64,000 bases of DNA from Patescibacteria group bacterium (GTDB lineage Bacteria > Patescibacteriota > Doudnabacteria > UBA920): NCBI GenBank assembly GCA_023484515.1, contig JAMDAY010000019.1, forward strand, positions 30,483 through 94,482. Direction: 5' to 3'. Shown here piece after piece: positions 8,918 through 18,078 of the stretch. How positions within the stretch are numbered: position 1 is the stretch's first letter; each line of letters begins with the position of its first letter. A program made the position numbers and the translations under genes. The notes below the pieces were generated by a model. It had not been told where the DNA came from, did not search any database, and saw nothing but the letters and a program-made list of their open reading frames with translations.

Positions 8918-9436
8918 TTACTGCAATTGCTGGGTTTTAAACCTGCTTCCGGAAAGCCAAAAGGCCGCAATACCGAAAGCCACGGAAACGTTAAGGCTTT
9001 CTTTTTGGCCGGACATGGGGATTTCTATAATCTGGTCGCAGAGCTTTAAAATGGGTTTGGGGATGCCTCTGGTTTCTTCGCCAAGGATTAAAGCCATCGG
9101 GAGTTTCGGTTTAGATTTATTTAATTCGACTGGGCGGCTGAAGCCTGCCCCTACATTGTTTTCCAGCGCTACGGTTCGCATTCCCCTATTTTTCAATTTT
9201 TTGATCAACCGTGAAACGGATTTGCAATATTCCCAAGGCACGAATTTTTCCGCGCCCAAAGCCACTTTGGCTATCTTTTTCCCGTTTAAATACTGGTCCG
9301 GGCGGCCGGTGTAGCCGGTCAAATAAATTTTTGTAACGCCAAATGCGTCCGCAATCCGAAAAATTGACCCCACATTGTAAAGCGAACGGATATTGTGGGC
9401 TATTACAAAAAAATCACGCGACTTTTTTAAGGCCAT
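8918..9436 (-). CDS. SpoU/TrmH-family RNA 2'-O-methyltransferase
   Basis: C-terminal LILGEETRGIP...SLNVSVAFGIA is the SPOUT knot motif. Confidence 0.75.
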   Translation of the reverse strand: MALKKSRDFFVIAHNIRSLYNVGSIFRIADAFGVTKIYLTGYTGRPDQYLNGKKIAKVALGAEKFVPWEYCKSVSRLIKKLKNRGMRTVALENNVGAGFSRPVELNKSKPKLPMALILGEETRGIPKPILKLCDQIIEIPMSGQKESLNVSVAFGIAAFWLSGSRFKTQQLQ

Positions 9437-9932
9437 ATCTTTTCCTGAAAAAGAAAAACCAAATTATATATATTATTGCCAGCAAGCCGTAATTTACAAT
9501 CATGGGAACCGTGTCGGCCCAGGAGACGGCGTAAGGGTTGTGGAAATTGGACAAGGGATAAAAGATAGGAGTGGAAAAATGGACTTTGTGCGTAAACACG
9601 TCCAAAAATATATGCAGCGGCCAGCCCCACATTGGCCAGTACATTTTTCCCCGGCGCAGCGCCAAAACAACCAGCAAAACCGCGGCAAATACCGCCAGGC
9701 TGTGGGTATAATTATAGCCGTAAACCGCAAAACCATAGGTCCAGGAATTTATTCCTTCCAAATGGCGGTGAATAGCGGCTGGATGGAAAATTAAGTAAGC
9801 GGACAGAGGGATAAATACCGACAAATCCGGCAGCAGCCCGAACAATACGGCAACAAACCGCCGCCTTTTTTCCGTACGGTATTTGTCATAAAAAGCCGCG
9901 TTAGTCCACAACGCGTGCGCAAAAACATCCAT
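9414..9932 (-). CDS. membrane-bound metal-dependent hydrolase-like (DUF457/YdjM-like) protein
   Basis: Polytopic, His-rich, with a generally similar pattern. Weak call. Confidence 0.4.
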   Translation of the reverse strand: MDVFAHALWTNAAFYDKYRTEKRRRFVAVLFGLLPDLSVFIPLSAYLIFHPAAIHRHLEGINSWTYGFAVYGYNYTHSLAVFAAVLLVVLALRRGKMYWPMWGWPLHIFLDVFTHKVHFSTPIFYPLSNFHNPYAVSWADTVPMIVNYGLLAIIYIIWFFFFRKRYGLKKVA

Positions 9933-9938
9933 AGTAAA

Positions 9939-10358
9939 TTAAGCGAGCAAATTTAGATTAAAGTCCTGGCTATGCTCCCGCTTTGCCTCCCCGTCCAGCT
10001 TGATCAAAAAAATTTCGCAAGTGGCGCCTACGGCCAGCTTGAACACATGGCCGCTAATGGAAGTAAAGTCGTTCCTGCCGAACACGCCATGCATGTGCAC
10101 TGCCGGTTTTCCGTCCAGCAAAGCCGCATTTCCGTTTAAGGAAACTATTTCAAAATTTTCCATATACGGTTTTTTCCGGTAGTCCTTTAAAAAAGCGTTA
10201 TAGTAACCTATCTCCAGGCTGGAGCACGACCCAATGCCGGAAAATCCGGCAGCCTGGATATTATTCTGCTCCAAAAAGCCGGTCAGGGACGAAACCAGTT
10301 CTTCGTCTTTGTCAAACCGCAGCAAAAACCTTCTATCATCTTGGAGGATAATTTTCAT
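9939..10358 (-). CDS. PPC (DUF296) domain protein; start moved to MKIILQDD
   Basis: ~140-aa PPC-like pattern with AGGA 4-5 nt upstream of the internal ATG. The ORF-track N-terminus looks non-coding. Confidence 0.5.
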   Translation of the reverse strand: MKIILQDDRRFLLRFDKDEELVSSLTGFLEQNNIQAAGFSGIGSCSSLEIGYYNAFLKDYRKKPYMENFEIVSLNGNAALLDGKPAVHMHGVFGRNDFTSISGHVFKLAVGATCEIFLIKLDGEAKREHSQDFNLNLLA

Positions 10359-10527
10359 ATTCCTTGGTTTTATCGCAAACAAAAGCCTCCCTGGCAACAC
10401 TTGTTTAAAGTAGCATCTATTTATATCAAGCTTTGTCTTAGCCAAATGTAAACTGGCGGGCGGGCATTGATGGACCGCTGGTCAGTCAAATATTACAATC
10501 CGACATCCTGCCCAACGGATGACGGGC

Positions 10528-10911
10528 TTACGCCAATTTTACGCTGCGCGCCAATACGTCCTTGACTTTCTGCATAATGTCGTCTACCGACTGGTCGCTC
10601 TTGAGCAAATAGTCGGTCGCCCCGGCTTCCAGGATTTTGCTGATGGTTTCCACGTCGCCCAAATTGGTAAGGACAATTACGGCTATCTTTGCGGTTTCGG
10701 GGTTAGCCTTAAGCTCCCACAGCACGGAAATGCCGTCCAGCTTGGGCATCATAATGTCCAAAAGCAGCAGGTCCGGCGCTATTTCCTTGGCCTTGGCCAC
10801 GGCATCTTCCCCGTCGTAGGCAGGGACCGGCTCATGCCCCGCGGCTTTTAACGCGTCGCAAAGGGAGTTGGAAATTAATTTGTCGTCCTCCGCGACCAAT
10901 ATTTTCGCCAT
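10528..10911 (-). CDS. single-domain response regulator (CheY-like receiver)
   Basis: ILVAEDD acidic pocket, LLLDIMMPKLDG phosphoacceptor region, and conserved T and K. Confidence 0.85.
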   Translation of the reverse strand: MAKILVAEDDKLISNSLCDALKAAGHEPVPAYDGEDAVAKAKEIAPDLLLLDIMMPKLDGISVLWELKANPETAKIAVIVLTNLGDVETISKILEAGATDYLLKSDQSVDDIMQKVKDVLARSVKLA

Positions 10912-10990
10912 ATTATAAAAAGTTAATTTTTAAAATTATGCATTTTCTTGCCACTTTATTATAGCAAATTAGCCAAGAAAATGCATAATT

Positions 10991-12676
10991 TTAAATTGGC
11001 AAGCTAAAATAAAACGTGCTTCCCAGGCTCTCTCCGGCGCTTTCCGCCCAAATCCGGCCGCCATGCGCTTCCACTATCCCCTTGCTGACCACCAGCCCCA
11101 AGCCCGTGCCTTTGCGTGAGCGGTCCGCGCTCTTAAGCTGCTTAAACTTGGAAAACAACTGGCTTAAGTCTTCCCTGGCCACCCCTATTCCCGAATCTTT
11201 CACCGATACTACGGCTTCTTTTTTCTCGGCGTTTGCCGCCAAATTTACTTCCACCTGGCCGCTGTCCGTATATTTTATGGCATTACTGATTAAATTTCCC
11301 AAGACTTGCCCTATCCTGACGCGGTCAAACTTTAACAGATACTTTTCCGGGGACGTCACGTTAAGCGTTAAATGCTTCTGCTCCGCCTGCGGCCTGAAAA
11401 CCTTAGCCTGTTCCTGGATTAATCCCACAAGGTCGTATTCCTGGACGTTCAGTTCAAACTTCCCCGCTTCCAGCTTGGCCACGTCAAGCAAGTCATTTAC
11501 CAGCTCCAGCATGTTGTTGGAAGCGGTTTCAATGGTGACTACCGTATCCTTGACTTTAGCCTGGTCGGCCCCGTTGGCGACGCTTAAATTCTTCAGCAGC
11601 GACTCCGAGGACCAGCGCACCGCGGTAAGCGGCGCCCGCAGTTCGTGGACCATCATGGCCGTAAAGTCCTGCCGCAGCTTGTCCAAAGATTTTTCCGTGG
11701 TAATGTCGTGGAAAACCACGCTGGAACCAAGTTTTTCCCCTTGGCTGTTTTTGACCGGAGAAATAGTCAGTTCCAAGGCCTTGTCCTTTAAAATTACCTC
11801 GTGGACAAAAATGGGCTTGTCCTCGGCCAGCGACTGCTCAATTTTTGTCCTTATGTCAACTTTGCCGGCCAAGCCGTCCACCACGTCAAACATGGTTAAA
11901 GCTTTGTCCTGCTCCAGCCCTAAAATCTTTTTAATGGCCGGATTGGACACTAGCAATTGGTTGTTTGTATTCACCATAACTACGCCGTCGGCCAAAGAAT
12001 AAATAATGGCGGCCAGCTTGCCTTTTTCGCTTTCCAGCACCGCTTGCAATTTGGATACCGCCATTGCCGCTTGGTTGGTAATGGTATATAAAATGGAGGC
12101 CTGCCCTTCCCCGAACCTGCCTTTTTCCACGGACGCCACATTAATTATGCCGACCAGTTTTTCCGAAATGACCACCGGCAGGTTAAAGAATGACTCCACT
12201 TCGGCCTTTAAATTGTCGTCCAAAATATTGCCCGTCACGCTTTCATCCACTACAGAAGGCTTTATTTCCCGGTTTAAAATGGCCGAATAAGACAGCAGCA
12301 TTTTTTCCTTCACCTGTTCTACAAACTCGTGATTGACCGTATTTTCCACATGGCATTTAAAAATAACTTTGCCGCTTTCTTCCAGCACCATATACGAAAC
12401 CGTGTCATACTCCAGCAAGTTCCCCAGGGAACTGGTAATGATGTCCACAATCTTGCCGGTATCCAGGGAGTAGCCGATGCGCTCGTTAATCTCTTTAAGC
12501 ACCTGGGCTTGGTAGACTTTTTGCTGCAATTCCAGGGACTGGCTGGCCTGCCGCCTTAAATATCGGCGTTCCTGCAAAGAAGAATACACGTAGCCGATTA
12601 TTACCACGGCCAGCATTACGAAATCTATAAATAAGAGAATATTGATTATCATTTTTGTTTTTAACTGCGGACTCAA
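10991..12676 (-). CDS. sensor histidine kinase (TM-GAF-PAS-HisKA-HATPase_c)
   Basis: H-box HELRAPLTAV, N-box NLISNAIKYT, G-boxes DSGIGV and GTGLGL. Confidence 0.85.
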   Translation of the reverse strand: MSPQLKTKMIINILLFIDFVMLAVVIIGYVYSSLQERRYLRRQASQSLELQQKVYQAQVLKEINERIGYSLDTGKIVDIITSSLGNLLEYDTVSYMVLEESGKVIFKCHVENTVNHEFVEQVKEKMLLSYSAILNREIKPSVVDESVTGNILDDNLKAEVESFFNLPVVISEKLVGIINVASVEKGRFGEGQASILYTITNQAAMAVSKLQAVLESEKGKLAAIIYSLADGVVMVNTNNQLLVSNPAIKKILGLEQDKALTMFDVVDGLAGKVDIRTKIEQSLAEDKPIFVHEVILKDKALELTISPVKNSQGEKLGSSVVFHDITTEKSLDKLRQDFTAMMVHELRAPLTAVRWSSESLLKNLSVANGADQAKVKDTVVTIETASNNMLELVNDLLDVAKLEAGKFELNVQEYDLVGLIQEQAKVFRPQAEQKHLTLNVTSPEKYLLKFDRVRIGQVLGNLISNAIKYTDSGQVEVNLAANAEKKEAVVSVKDSGIGVAREDLSQLFSKFKQLKSADRSRKGTGLGLVVSKGIVEAHGGRIWAESAGESLGSTFYFSLPI

Positions 12677-12860
12677 CGCGGATCCGCCAACTGGCGGACT
12701 ACGCAGATTTTTGCTGATTTGATAGCAAATAAGAATATCTTTTATTTACCGCGAATCTTAAAGCTTGCCCGAATTCAAATCTATAAGACAAAAATGCCGT
12801 TCTTTATGGTAATAATTTCCGCGAGAAATCCGCGTCGCTATCCGCGTTTATGTCCGCGAT

Positions 12861-13127
12861 TTACAGGCCTTTTACCGCCGGATATTTTTCCAGTAAAGTA
12901 TTTAGGGTCATCTGGGCAATCTGTCCGGAAAGCGTCATATATTCATTGGCCACGCCTTTTAACACCATTTGCGGGTCACCGTCCACATCCATAACCGTGC
13001 CGTCGTCCTGGACCACCAAACCGGGAATTTTCCTGGCCTTGTCCAGGGCAATGTTCGGCCCCAGCACCACCATTTGCTTTTGGATCAAGTCCGTCAGCAT
13101 TTTTTTATATTCTTCATGGTCAGGCAT
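12861..13127 (-). CDS. small hypothetical protein
   Basis: Open frame only; no motif. Confidence 0.3.
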   Translation of the reverse strand: MPDHEEYKKMLTDLIQKQMVVLGPNIALDKARKIPGLVVQDDGTVMDVDGDPQMVLKGVANEYMTLSGQIAQMTLNTLLEKYPAVKGL

Positions 13128-13424
13128 ATTTTTATGTATTTTTAATTCTAAATTTTTGATATTAATAAGATACGATAATTATAACATATAACGGCGGTTG
13201 TTCAAAATTGGGCGCTGCTGGCAGCGAATTCGCCTTTTCGGAAGAGGCCTGTTAATGGCAGGCTGATTATCAACTTTGGGCGACGGTGCCCATCTGGGAC
13301 AATTTTGCTTAAGTTTGGTTGATGATGATTATTATCCGGTAATCTTAAAAACATTTATCCCAGATGGGCACCGTCACTGCCATATACCTTTGCCCTATTT
13401 GGCCAAGGATACCCATCTCACTCC

Positions 13425-14792
13425 CTAATTTTCCCTTAGCCTCCCGAAGCCGATGGAATCCTTAAACACATTAGCAGCCTTAAGCACTGGAGCGCGGCAA
13501 AGGGTAAAGTCCCCGTATTTGGCATTAATTTTGTCCAAGGCCTTAGCCACGCGTTGCTGCCGCTCCACGCCGCCAAACAAACTAAGCTGGCCCGATGCCG
13601 GGCGCAGGCTCCCCACGGTAATGCCGATTAACCTGACCTCCGCGCTTTTTCTGTTTAACTCTTCCCAGATATTCAGCGCTTCTGAAAAAATTTCCTTGCC
13701 TTCGGAAACTGGATAGCCCAGCCTCTTGCTGCGGCCAAAACCCTGACGGCCGTCGTATTCGTAAAAACAAAGCACGCCTCCTTCCAAATTCGCGCGGCGG
13801 AGCCGCGCGGCCACCATCTCGGAGAGCTTGTATAGCACCGGCGCAAAATATTCCGGCTTGCGGAACTCCTTTGGCAAAGTGTACATGTGGCCCATGGATT
13901 TTATATCCTCGTCTTCTTCCACTTCCGGCTTGAACGACCCTTCCAACTGTCCCAAATTGTAAAGATGGTGGCCGGGCAGGCCGAACAAGGCCACCAGCCT
14001 GCTTTTGGGATAATTTTTCAAATCCAGCAAGGTCTTTATTCCCAGCCCGTTCAGCCGTTTTTCCATGCGGCTGCCAATGCCCGGAACGTCGGTAAGCCGC
14101 AACAGATTGTATAGTTGATGTTTTGATAAAAATACGCAGGCGTAACCATTTTTGTCATTTTTATTATTTTTGTCATTTATCACCGCCAGCCCGTCGGGCT
14201 TTTTTAAGTCTGAAGCGATTTTTGCCTGCAGCTTGTTCTCCGCAATGCCTATGGAGCAGGTTAAATAGTCCCCCACTTCGCTGGTTATGCGCCGCTTAAT
14301 TTCTTTTGCGATTTTTACGGCTTCCATGAACGGGTCCGCTTGCGGCATTATTTCTTTACCTAAGATGTAGGTCGGACGCAATAATTTTTGAAATTTTATA
14401 TTTGATATTTGGAATTTATTTGGAAATTGGAAATGGGAAATTGGAATTTTAACATTGCAGCTTGCCGTAACATCCAAGAATACCTCGTCTATGCTGTATC
14501 TTTCCACCTTGTCCGTGTAGTCGCCAACCACCTTAACGAACCGCTGGCTGTAATGCCGGTAGCGGTCAGGGTGAGTTTGGGTCAAAATGATTTTCGGATA
14601 CAGTTTGACCGCTTCCCAAACCGGCGTGCCTGTCTTAATGCCCCATTTTTTGGCCTGCACGCTGGCCGCGATGATAATGCCGCCCAAATGCTCGCACACG
14701 CCCACCGGCTTTCCCCGCCACGCCAAATTCTCCTGCTGCTCAACAGAGGCAAAATAACTATTCATGTCTATGTGCATAATAACGCTTTGCAT
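13425..14792 (-). CDS. dinB: DNA polymerase IV (Y-family, DinB); start moved to MQSVIMHIDMNSYFASVE
   Basis: DMNSYFASVE and SIDEVFLDVT motifs. Contains low-complexity inserts (DKNNKNDKN; FQISNIKFQ). Confidence 0.8.
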   Translation of the reverse strand: MQSVIMHIDMNSYFASVEQQENLAWRGKPVGVCEHLGGIIIAASVQAKKWGIKTGTPVWEAVKLYPKIILTQTHPDRYRHYSQRFVKVVGDYTDKVERYSIDEVFLDVTASCNVKIPISHFQFPNKFQISNIKFQKLLRPTYILGKEIMPQADPFMEAVKIAKEIKRRITSEVGDYLTCSIGIAENKLQAKIASDLKKPDGLAVINDKNNKNDKNGYACVFLSKHQLYNLLRLTDVPGIGSRMEKRLNGLGIKTLLDLKNYPKSRLVALFGLPGHHLYNLGQLEGSFKPEVEEDEDIKSMGHMYTLPKEFRKPEYFAPVLYKLSEMVAARLRRANLEGGVLCFYEYDGRQGFGRSKRLGYPVSEGKEIFSEALNIWEELNRKSAEVRLIGITVGSLRPASGQLSLFGGVERQQRVAKALDKINAKYGDFTLCRAPVLKAANVFKDSIGFGRLREN

Positions 14793-14841
14793 AGCCGCTG
14801 AATTAATGCTGATAGGGACGCTGAATGGACGCTGATGGGGA

Positions 14842-14860
14842 GGGCGGATAGTATCCGCCC
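14842..14860. repeat. family D hairpin GGGCGGATAGTATCCGCCC, copy 1
   Basis: Identical copy at 14918-14936. A copy with longer arms sits inside the transposase gene at 26723-26749. Confidence 0.65.
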
Positions 14861-14917
14861 ATACAAAATGGCAGCGAACTGATATAGGGCGTCTGTGGCG
14901 GATTGGATGGATGTAGG

Positions 14918-14936
14918 GGGCGGATAGTATCCGCCC
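14918..14936. repeat. family D hairpin GGGCGGATAGTATCCGCCC, copy 2
   Basis: See copy 1. Confidence 0.65.
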
Positions 14937-15039
14937 GTACCAAAGATTACCAATGACAATACCAGCCCATTGAGCGGCCCTTTCAGGCGTCATTCCGGAT
15001 ACCCCGACGTTATGTCGGGGTATCCGGAATCTTGTTCTC

Positions 15040-15069
15040 TGAACGCCTCAACCGGCGTTGAGGCGTTCA
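15040..15069. repeat. family C palindrome, copy 2 (perfect 13-bp arms)
   Basis: TGAACGCCTCAACCGGCGTTGAGGCGTTCA. Confidence 0.75.
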
Positions 15070-15099
15070 GCCAACTAACCCAACCGCTCCTACTGGCTA

Positions 15100-15195
15100 T
15101 GAAGGCGCCCTTCCGGGATCAGCCTGCTTAAGTTAGATTAACAATGATCAACATCCAATTATCTAAAGTTAGTTTATCCCGGAAGGGCGCCTTCA
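15100..15195. repeat. family B inverted-repeat element, copy B2 (arms TGAAGGCGCCCTTCCGGGA)
   Basis: 19-bp perfect inverted terminal arms, AT-rich centre with ttagatta..atctaaag. Confidence 0.75.
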
Positions 15196-15393
15196 CAACC
15201 CCATCGCCTCCTTGCGCAATGGGTACCCTTGAGCCCTTTCCGTATATCCGCAGATATCCGTATTCCGTAAAAATTCAGCCTTGCCAAAGCCGAATTTTCT
15301 TGATAAAATAAAGGTATACGAACGTATACCATATTAAAATAATACCCCTTAACAACTATTTCAGTAAAGCCCGGTTATCCACAATAAAAAACG

Positions 15394-15430
15394 CGCCGCA
15401 GTCTAGTAAACCGACTGCGGCGCTTTCCTA
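15394..15430 (-). terminator. terminator hairpin (gcgccgcagtc..gactgcggcgc plus U-run on the minus strand)
   Basis: 11-bp GC stem with an A-run on the plus side, directly after the stop of the 15438-15803 gene. Confidence 0.55.
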
Positions 15431-15437
15431 AAACGAG

Positions 15438-15803
15438 CTACAATGCAGGATCTGCCGAATTCAGCGCTTCTTTAATTCCGGCTTGGAAGGCAGGAATGTT
15501 GAGCTTGGCTATCCGCAGCGTCTCGTATGCCCCTGCTTCCAAGAAACCTTCAATGTCTCCAACGGAGAGGATTGTTCTGGAAATAATGACAACCTTACAG
15601 CGGCCATCTCCCAAGCGGTGCTTGCACTCCCGCACGAATTCCTCCCCCCAACTCTGCCAGACTAACAATAAGTCCGGCGGTTGTTCGCAAAGCTTTTGCA
15701 AAGCGCCGTCTCTCTGTTGGGCATCCCATAAAACAGTGGCGCCCACCTCTTTGAATGCCTTTCTAAACCATAGCCCGTACCAACCGCAAATCCCTACTGT
15801 CAT
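15438..15803 (-). CDS. receiver/flavodoxin-like fold protein lacking the phosphoacceptor Asp (pseudo-receiver), GC-rich
   Basis: PDLLLV-W..KVVIISR..GAYETL parallels receiver topology, but the acidic pocket and Asp are absent. Confidence 0.3.
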   Translation of the reverse strand: MTVGICGWYGLWFRKAFKEVGATVLWDAQQRDGALQKLCEQPPDLLLVWQSWGEEFVRECKHRLGDGRCKVVIISRTILSVGDIEGFLEAGAYETLRIAKLNIPAFQAGIKEALNSADPAL

Positions 15804-15929
15804 TACATTTCTCCTCTTTTTAAGTAAACTATAGTGTGCCCATTCATTGGATTATTGTGCCATTATGAGGAACGATGACATAAAATAATTATGGCCGATA
15901 AATCGGCACACTACATAGCTTATAAATTG

Positions 15930-16322
15930 TTATTTTGATCTTAATACCCTCAGCAGCGCGAATTTTTCCCGGTGGAAGGTGCTAAAACCTTGTTTATTGA
16001 ACAGCTTAACCGCGCTGGTGATGCTTAGGACTTCGCGGATTTTAAGCTTGGCCGCGCGCTCCAGGCATAAGTTGATCAGATGCGTGGCTATCCCCTGCTT
16101 CCGAAAATTCGCGTCCACTACCAAACTGCGAATCTCGGCGATCCGTTTTGAGTAAACTTCCAAGGCGCAGCAGCCGATAATTTTACCTTGCGATGCGGCA
16201 ACAAAAAAGTCCTTGGCCTTTGGCACCATGACTTGCATCAACTGCTGCGGGTGGCTGCGGATTAACTTTTTAATTGCAGGCATGTCAGCTAATCTGGCCT
16301 GCCGAAAAATTATTCCTTGCAT
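15930..16322 (-). CDS. GNAT-family N-acetyltransferase; start moved to MQGIIFRQA
   Basis: VDANFRKQGIATHLI is the acetyl-CoA-binding Q/RxxGxG/A motif. Confidence 0.65.
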   Translation of the reverse strand: MQGIIFRQARLADMPAIKKLIRSHPQQLMQVMVPKAKDFFVAASQGKIIGCCALEVYSKRIAEIRSLVVDANFRKQGIATHLINLCLERAAKLKIREVLSITSAVKLFNKQGFSTFHREKFALLRVLRSK

Positions 16323-16724
16323 ATTCCAAAATTCAGGATTACCCTTAATATTTACAGGCAATTTTGCGCTTCGCATAAAAATTTTATTGCAACCAATCTT
16401 CATCTTTGGACGCCCTATCTTTTAAAAACGTACCACTGGCGCAAAATTGCCTGTAAATATAACAAAGCCCGTCCCTGAAAATAATAAAATTACTTCCAAG
16501 GACGGGCTTGCCGCGGTACCACCTTGATTCCCGGCTGGCTGAAATTTAAGCTTCTTGATCAGGCAGCCGGACGCTCAATATCCATTTATACGGCTGGACT
16601 TCCGTTCCTATTTTAGGACAGCTCCCGGAGCGCGACTTCCGGTAGATGCTTTATAATATGCAATTGTAGGACTAATTGTAGCATAAGCAAGCACCCTGTC
16701 AATTGTGGATAAATATGCAACAAA

Positions 16725-16891
16725 CTAGAGCTGGTCTCATAACCTGCTTTTAAAGCGAAAATTCAGAATTTCGAGCAGATTGGCGCAAATAAATTTTGAC
16801 GTTTAACTGAAGTTAAGCGGAAAAATTTTTTGCGGCAAGATGCCGAAATTGTGAAATTGCAGCCAAAATGAGGTTATGAGACCAGCTCTAG
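16725..16891 (+). repeat. family A repeat element, copy A1 (~125-nt conserved core flanked by 21-bp copy-specific inverted repeats)
   Basis: Core gcttttaaagcgaaa...cagccaaaatg. Flanks ctagagctggtctcataacct / aggttatgagaccagctctag. Confidence 0.75.
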
Positions 16892-16934
16892 CCACCAGCC
16901 AACGCTTGGGGTTTATTTGATTAATCATAATAAT

Positions 16935-16972
16935 TAAAAAACACGGGCTTAATGGTGCCCGTGGTGTTTGGC
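16935..16972 (-). terminator. terminator hairpin (cacgggc..gcccgtg plus U-run on the minus strand) overlapping the stop of the 16949-17416 gene
   Basis: Seen in sequence. Confidence 0.4.
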
Positions 16973-17416
16973 TTGCTCGTGCCGGATGGCAATATGTCTT
17001 TTTTTGTGGGCCAGAAATATCATTACAAGAAAAACAAAATATCCGGTCCAAAACTGGTAATAACTAAATAAGGCAAAACCGGTAAAAAGCGAAGTTATGA
17101 GCAGGTCAAAAAACAAATCCAGCAAAAACCAAAAAATCGCCACAAACATTGATTCCAGGAAATTTATTACCCCCAACCGGCGCACTGCGGCCGCAGTGAT
17201 TACCATTACCGCTATCCAATAATAAAAACTGAACAGGGAATTGTTAAAACCCCAGTATTTGAAAAATAACACTTTCAGCGCAATCAGCAGGAACAACTGC
17301 CAGAACGTATAAATTGCCAATTTTTTAAAAGTCATATTAAACTGCCGCTCCTTGAAGAGTTTCTCCCCGGATAAATTTTCTTTAATATGGATTTGATAAT
17401 AATCATCAATCAACAA
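16949..17416 (-). CDS. polytopic membrane hypothetical protein
   Basis: Several TM helices; His-rich C-terminus. Confidence 0.4.
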   Translation of the reverse strand: MLIDDYYQIHIKENLSGEKLFKERQFNMTFKKLAIYTFWQLFLLIALKVLFFKYWGFNNSLFSFYYWIAVMVITAAAVRRLGVINFLESMFVAIFWFLLDLFFDLLITSLFTGFALFSYYQFWTGYFVFLVMIFLAHKKRHIAIRHEQAKHHGHH

Positions 17417-17471
17417 TCTAAAGATCGCTTGCCCCGGAAGAGACCCTTCAAGGAGATGCGCATTAGGTAAA

Positions 17472-17942
17472 TTATGGCCTGTTTTTTACCGCAGCCTTTG
17501 GCGCGCTTTTCCTTGCCATCTTCCTTTTAATCGGCTGCGGGGAAACCGGCAGCTCGCCTGCCAATTTTTCCAAATTCCCCAAATCTTTTTCCAGTTTCTG
17601 TTTTACGGAGGCGATTTTTTCTTCCAAATTATAATTACCCGAAGCCTTGGCCCGCCAGCGCTGGGCCAGATGATTCAGCATGCCTTTATGCGAACCTGCC
17701 TCGTAGACCAAACCATACCAATAATTTCCCAGCCACACGCCGTACCATGCCCCCAACATTAAGGCTAGAACCAAAGTAACATAATCCAGGGCCGCGAACT
17801 CCATATAGGACAGGCCGAAATTGAAATCCCGGTAATCCACTATTTGCAGCGCCAGGAAAAAAAACGCAATAATCCGGTGCAGCGTTAAAAACAGCAAAAC
17901 CCCAAGCAGGCTGCTTAAAAATATGTATAATGATTTTTTCAT
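17472..17942 (-). CDS. membrane hypothetical protein
   Basis: N-terminal TM helices followed by a coiled-coil C-terminus. Confidence 0.4.
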   Translation of the reverse strand: MKKSLYIFLSSLLGVLLFLTLHRIIAFFFLALQIVDYRDFNFGLSYMEFAALDYVTLVLALMLGAWYGVWLGNYWYGLVYEAGSHKGMLNHLAQRWRAKASGNYNLEEKIASVKQKLEKDLGNLEKLAGELPVSPQPIKRKMARKSAPKAAVKNRP

Positions 17943-18078
17943 GTTTGTTTCCTTAGGCTTTTGGTAATTTTATTATACCACAATTAAAAACGGCTACCAA
18001 GCGCATTACTTCCCTGGCCGCCTGCGCTTTACAGGCCAGGTTATAGGTTACCAGTTATTAAGTTATCTGCCATGCCGC

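Noticed and set aside
11016-12002. 328-aa plus-strand ORF, and similar long antisense ORFs (37-411, 558-950, 4316-5014, 18196-19059, 21406-22127, 24372-24956, 36828-37422, 45247-45915)
   Set aside because: They sit entirely inside well-supported minus-strand genes (or the reverse), have no motifs and show Ser/Arg/Pro-rich shadow-ORF composition.
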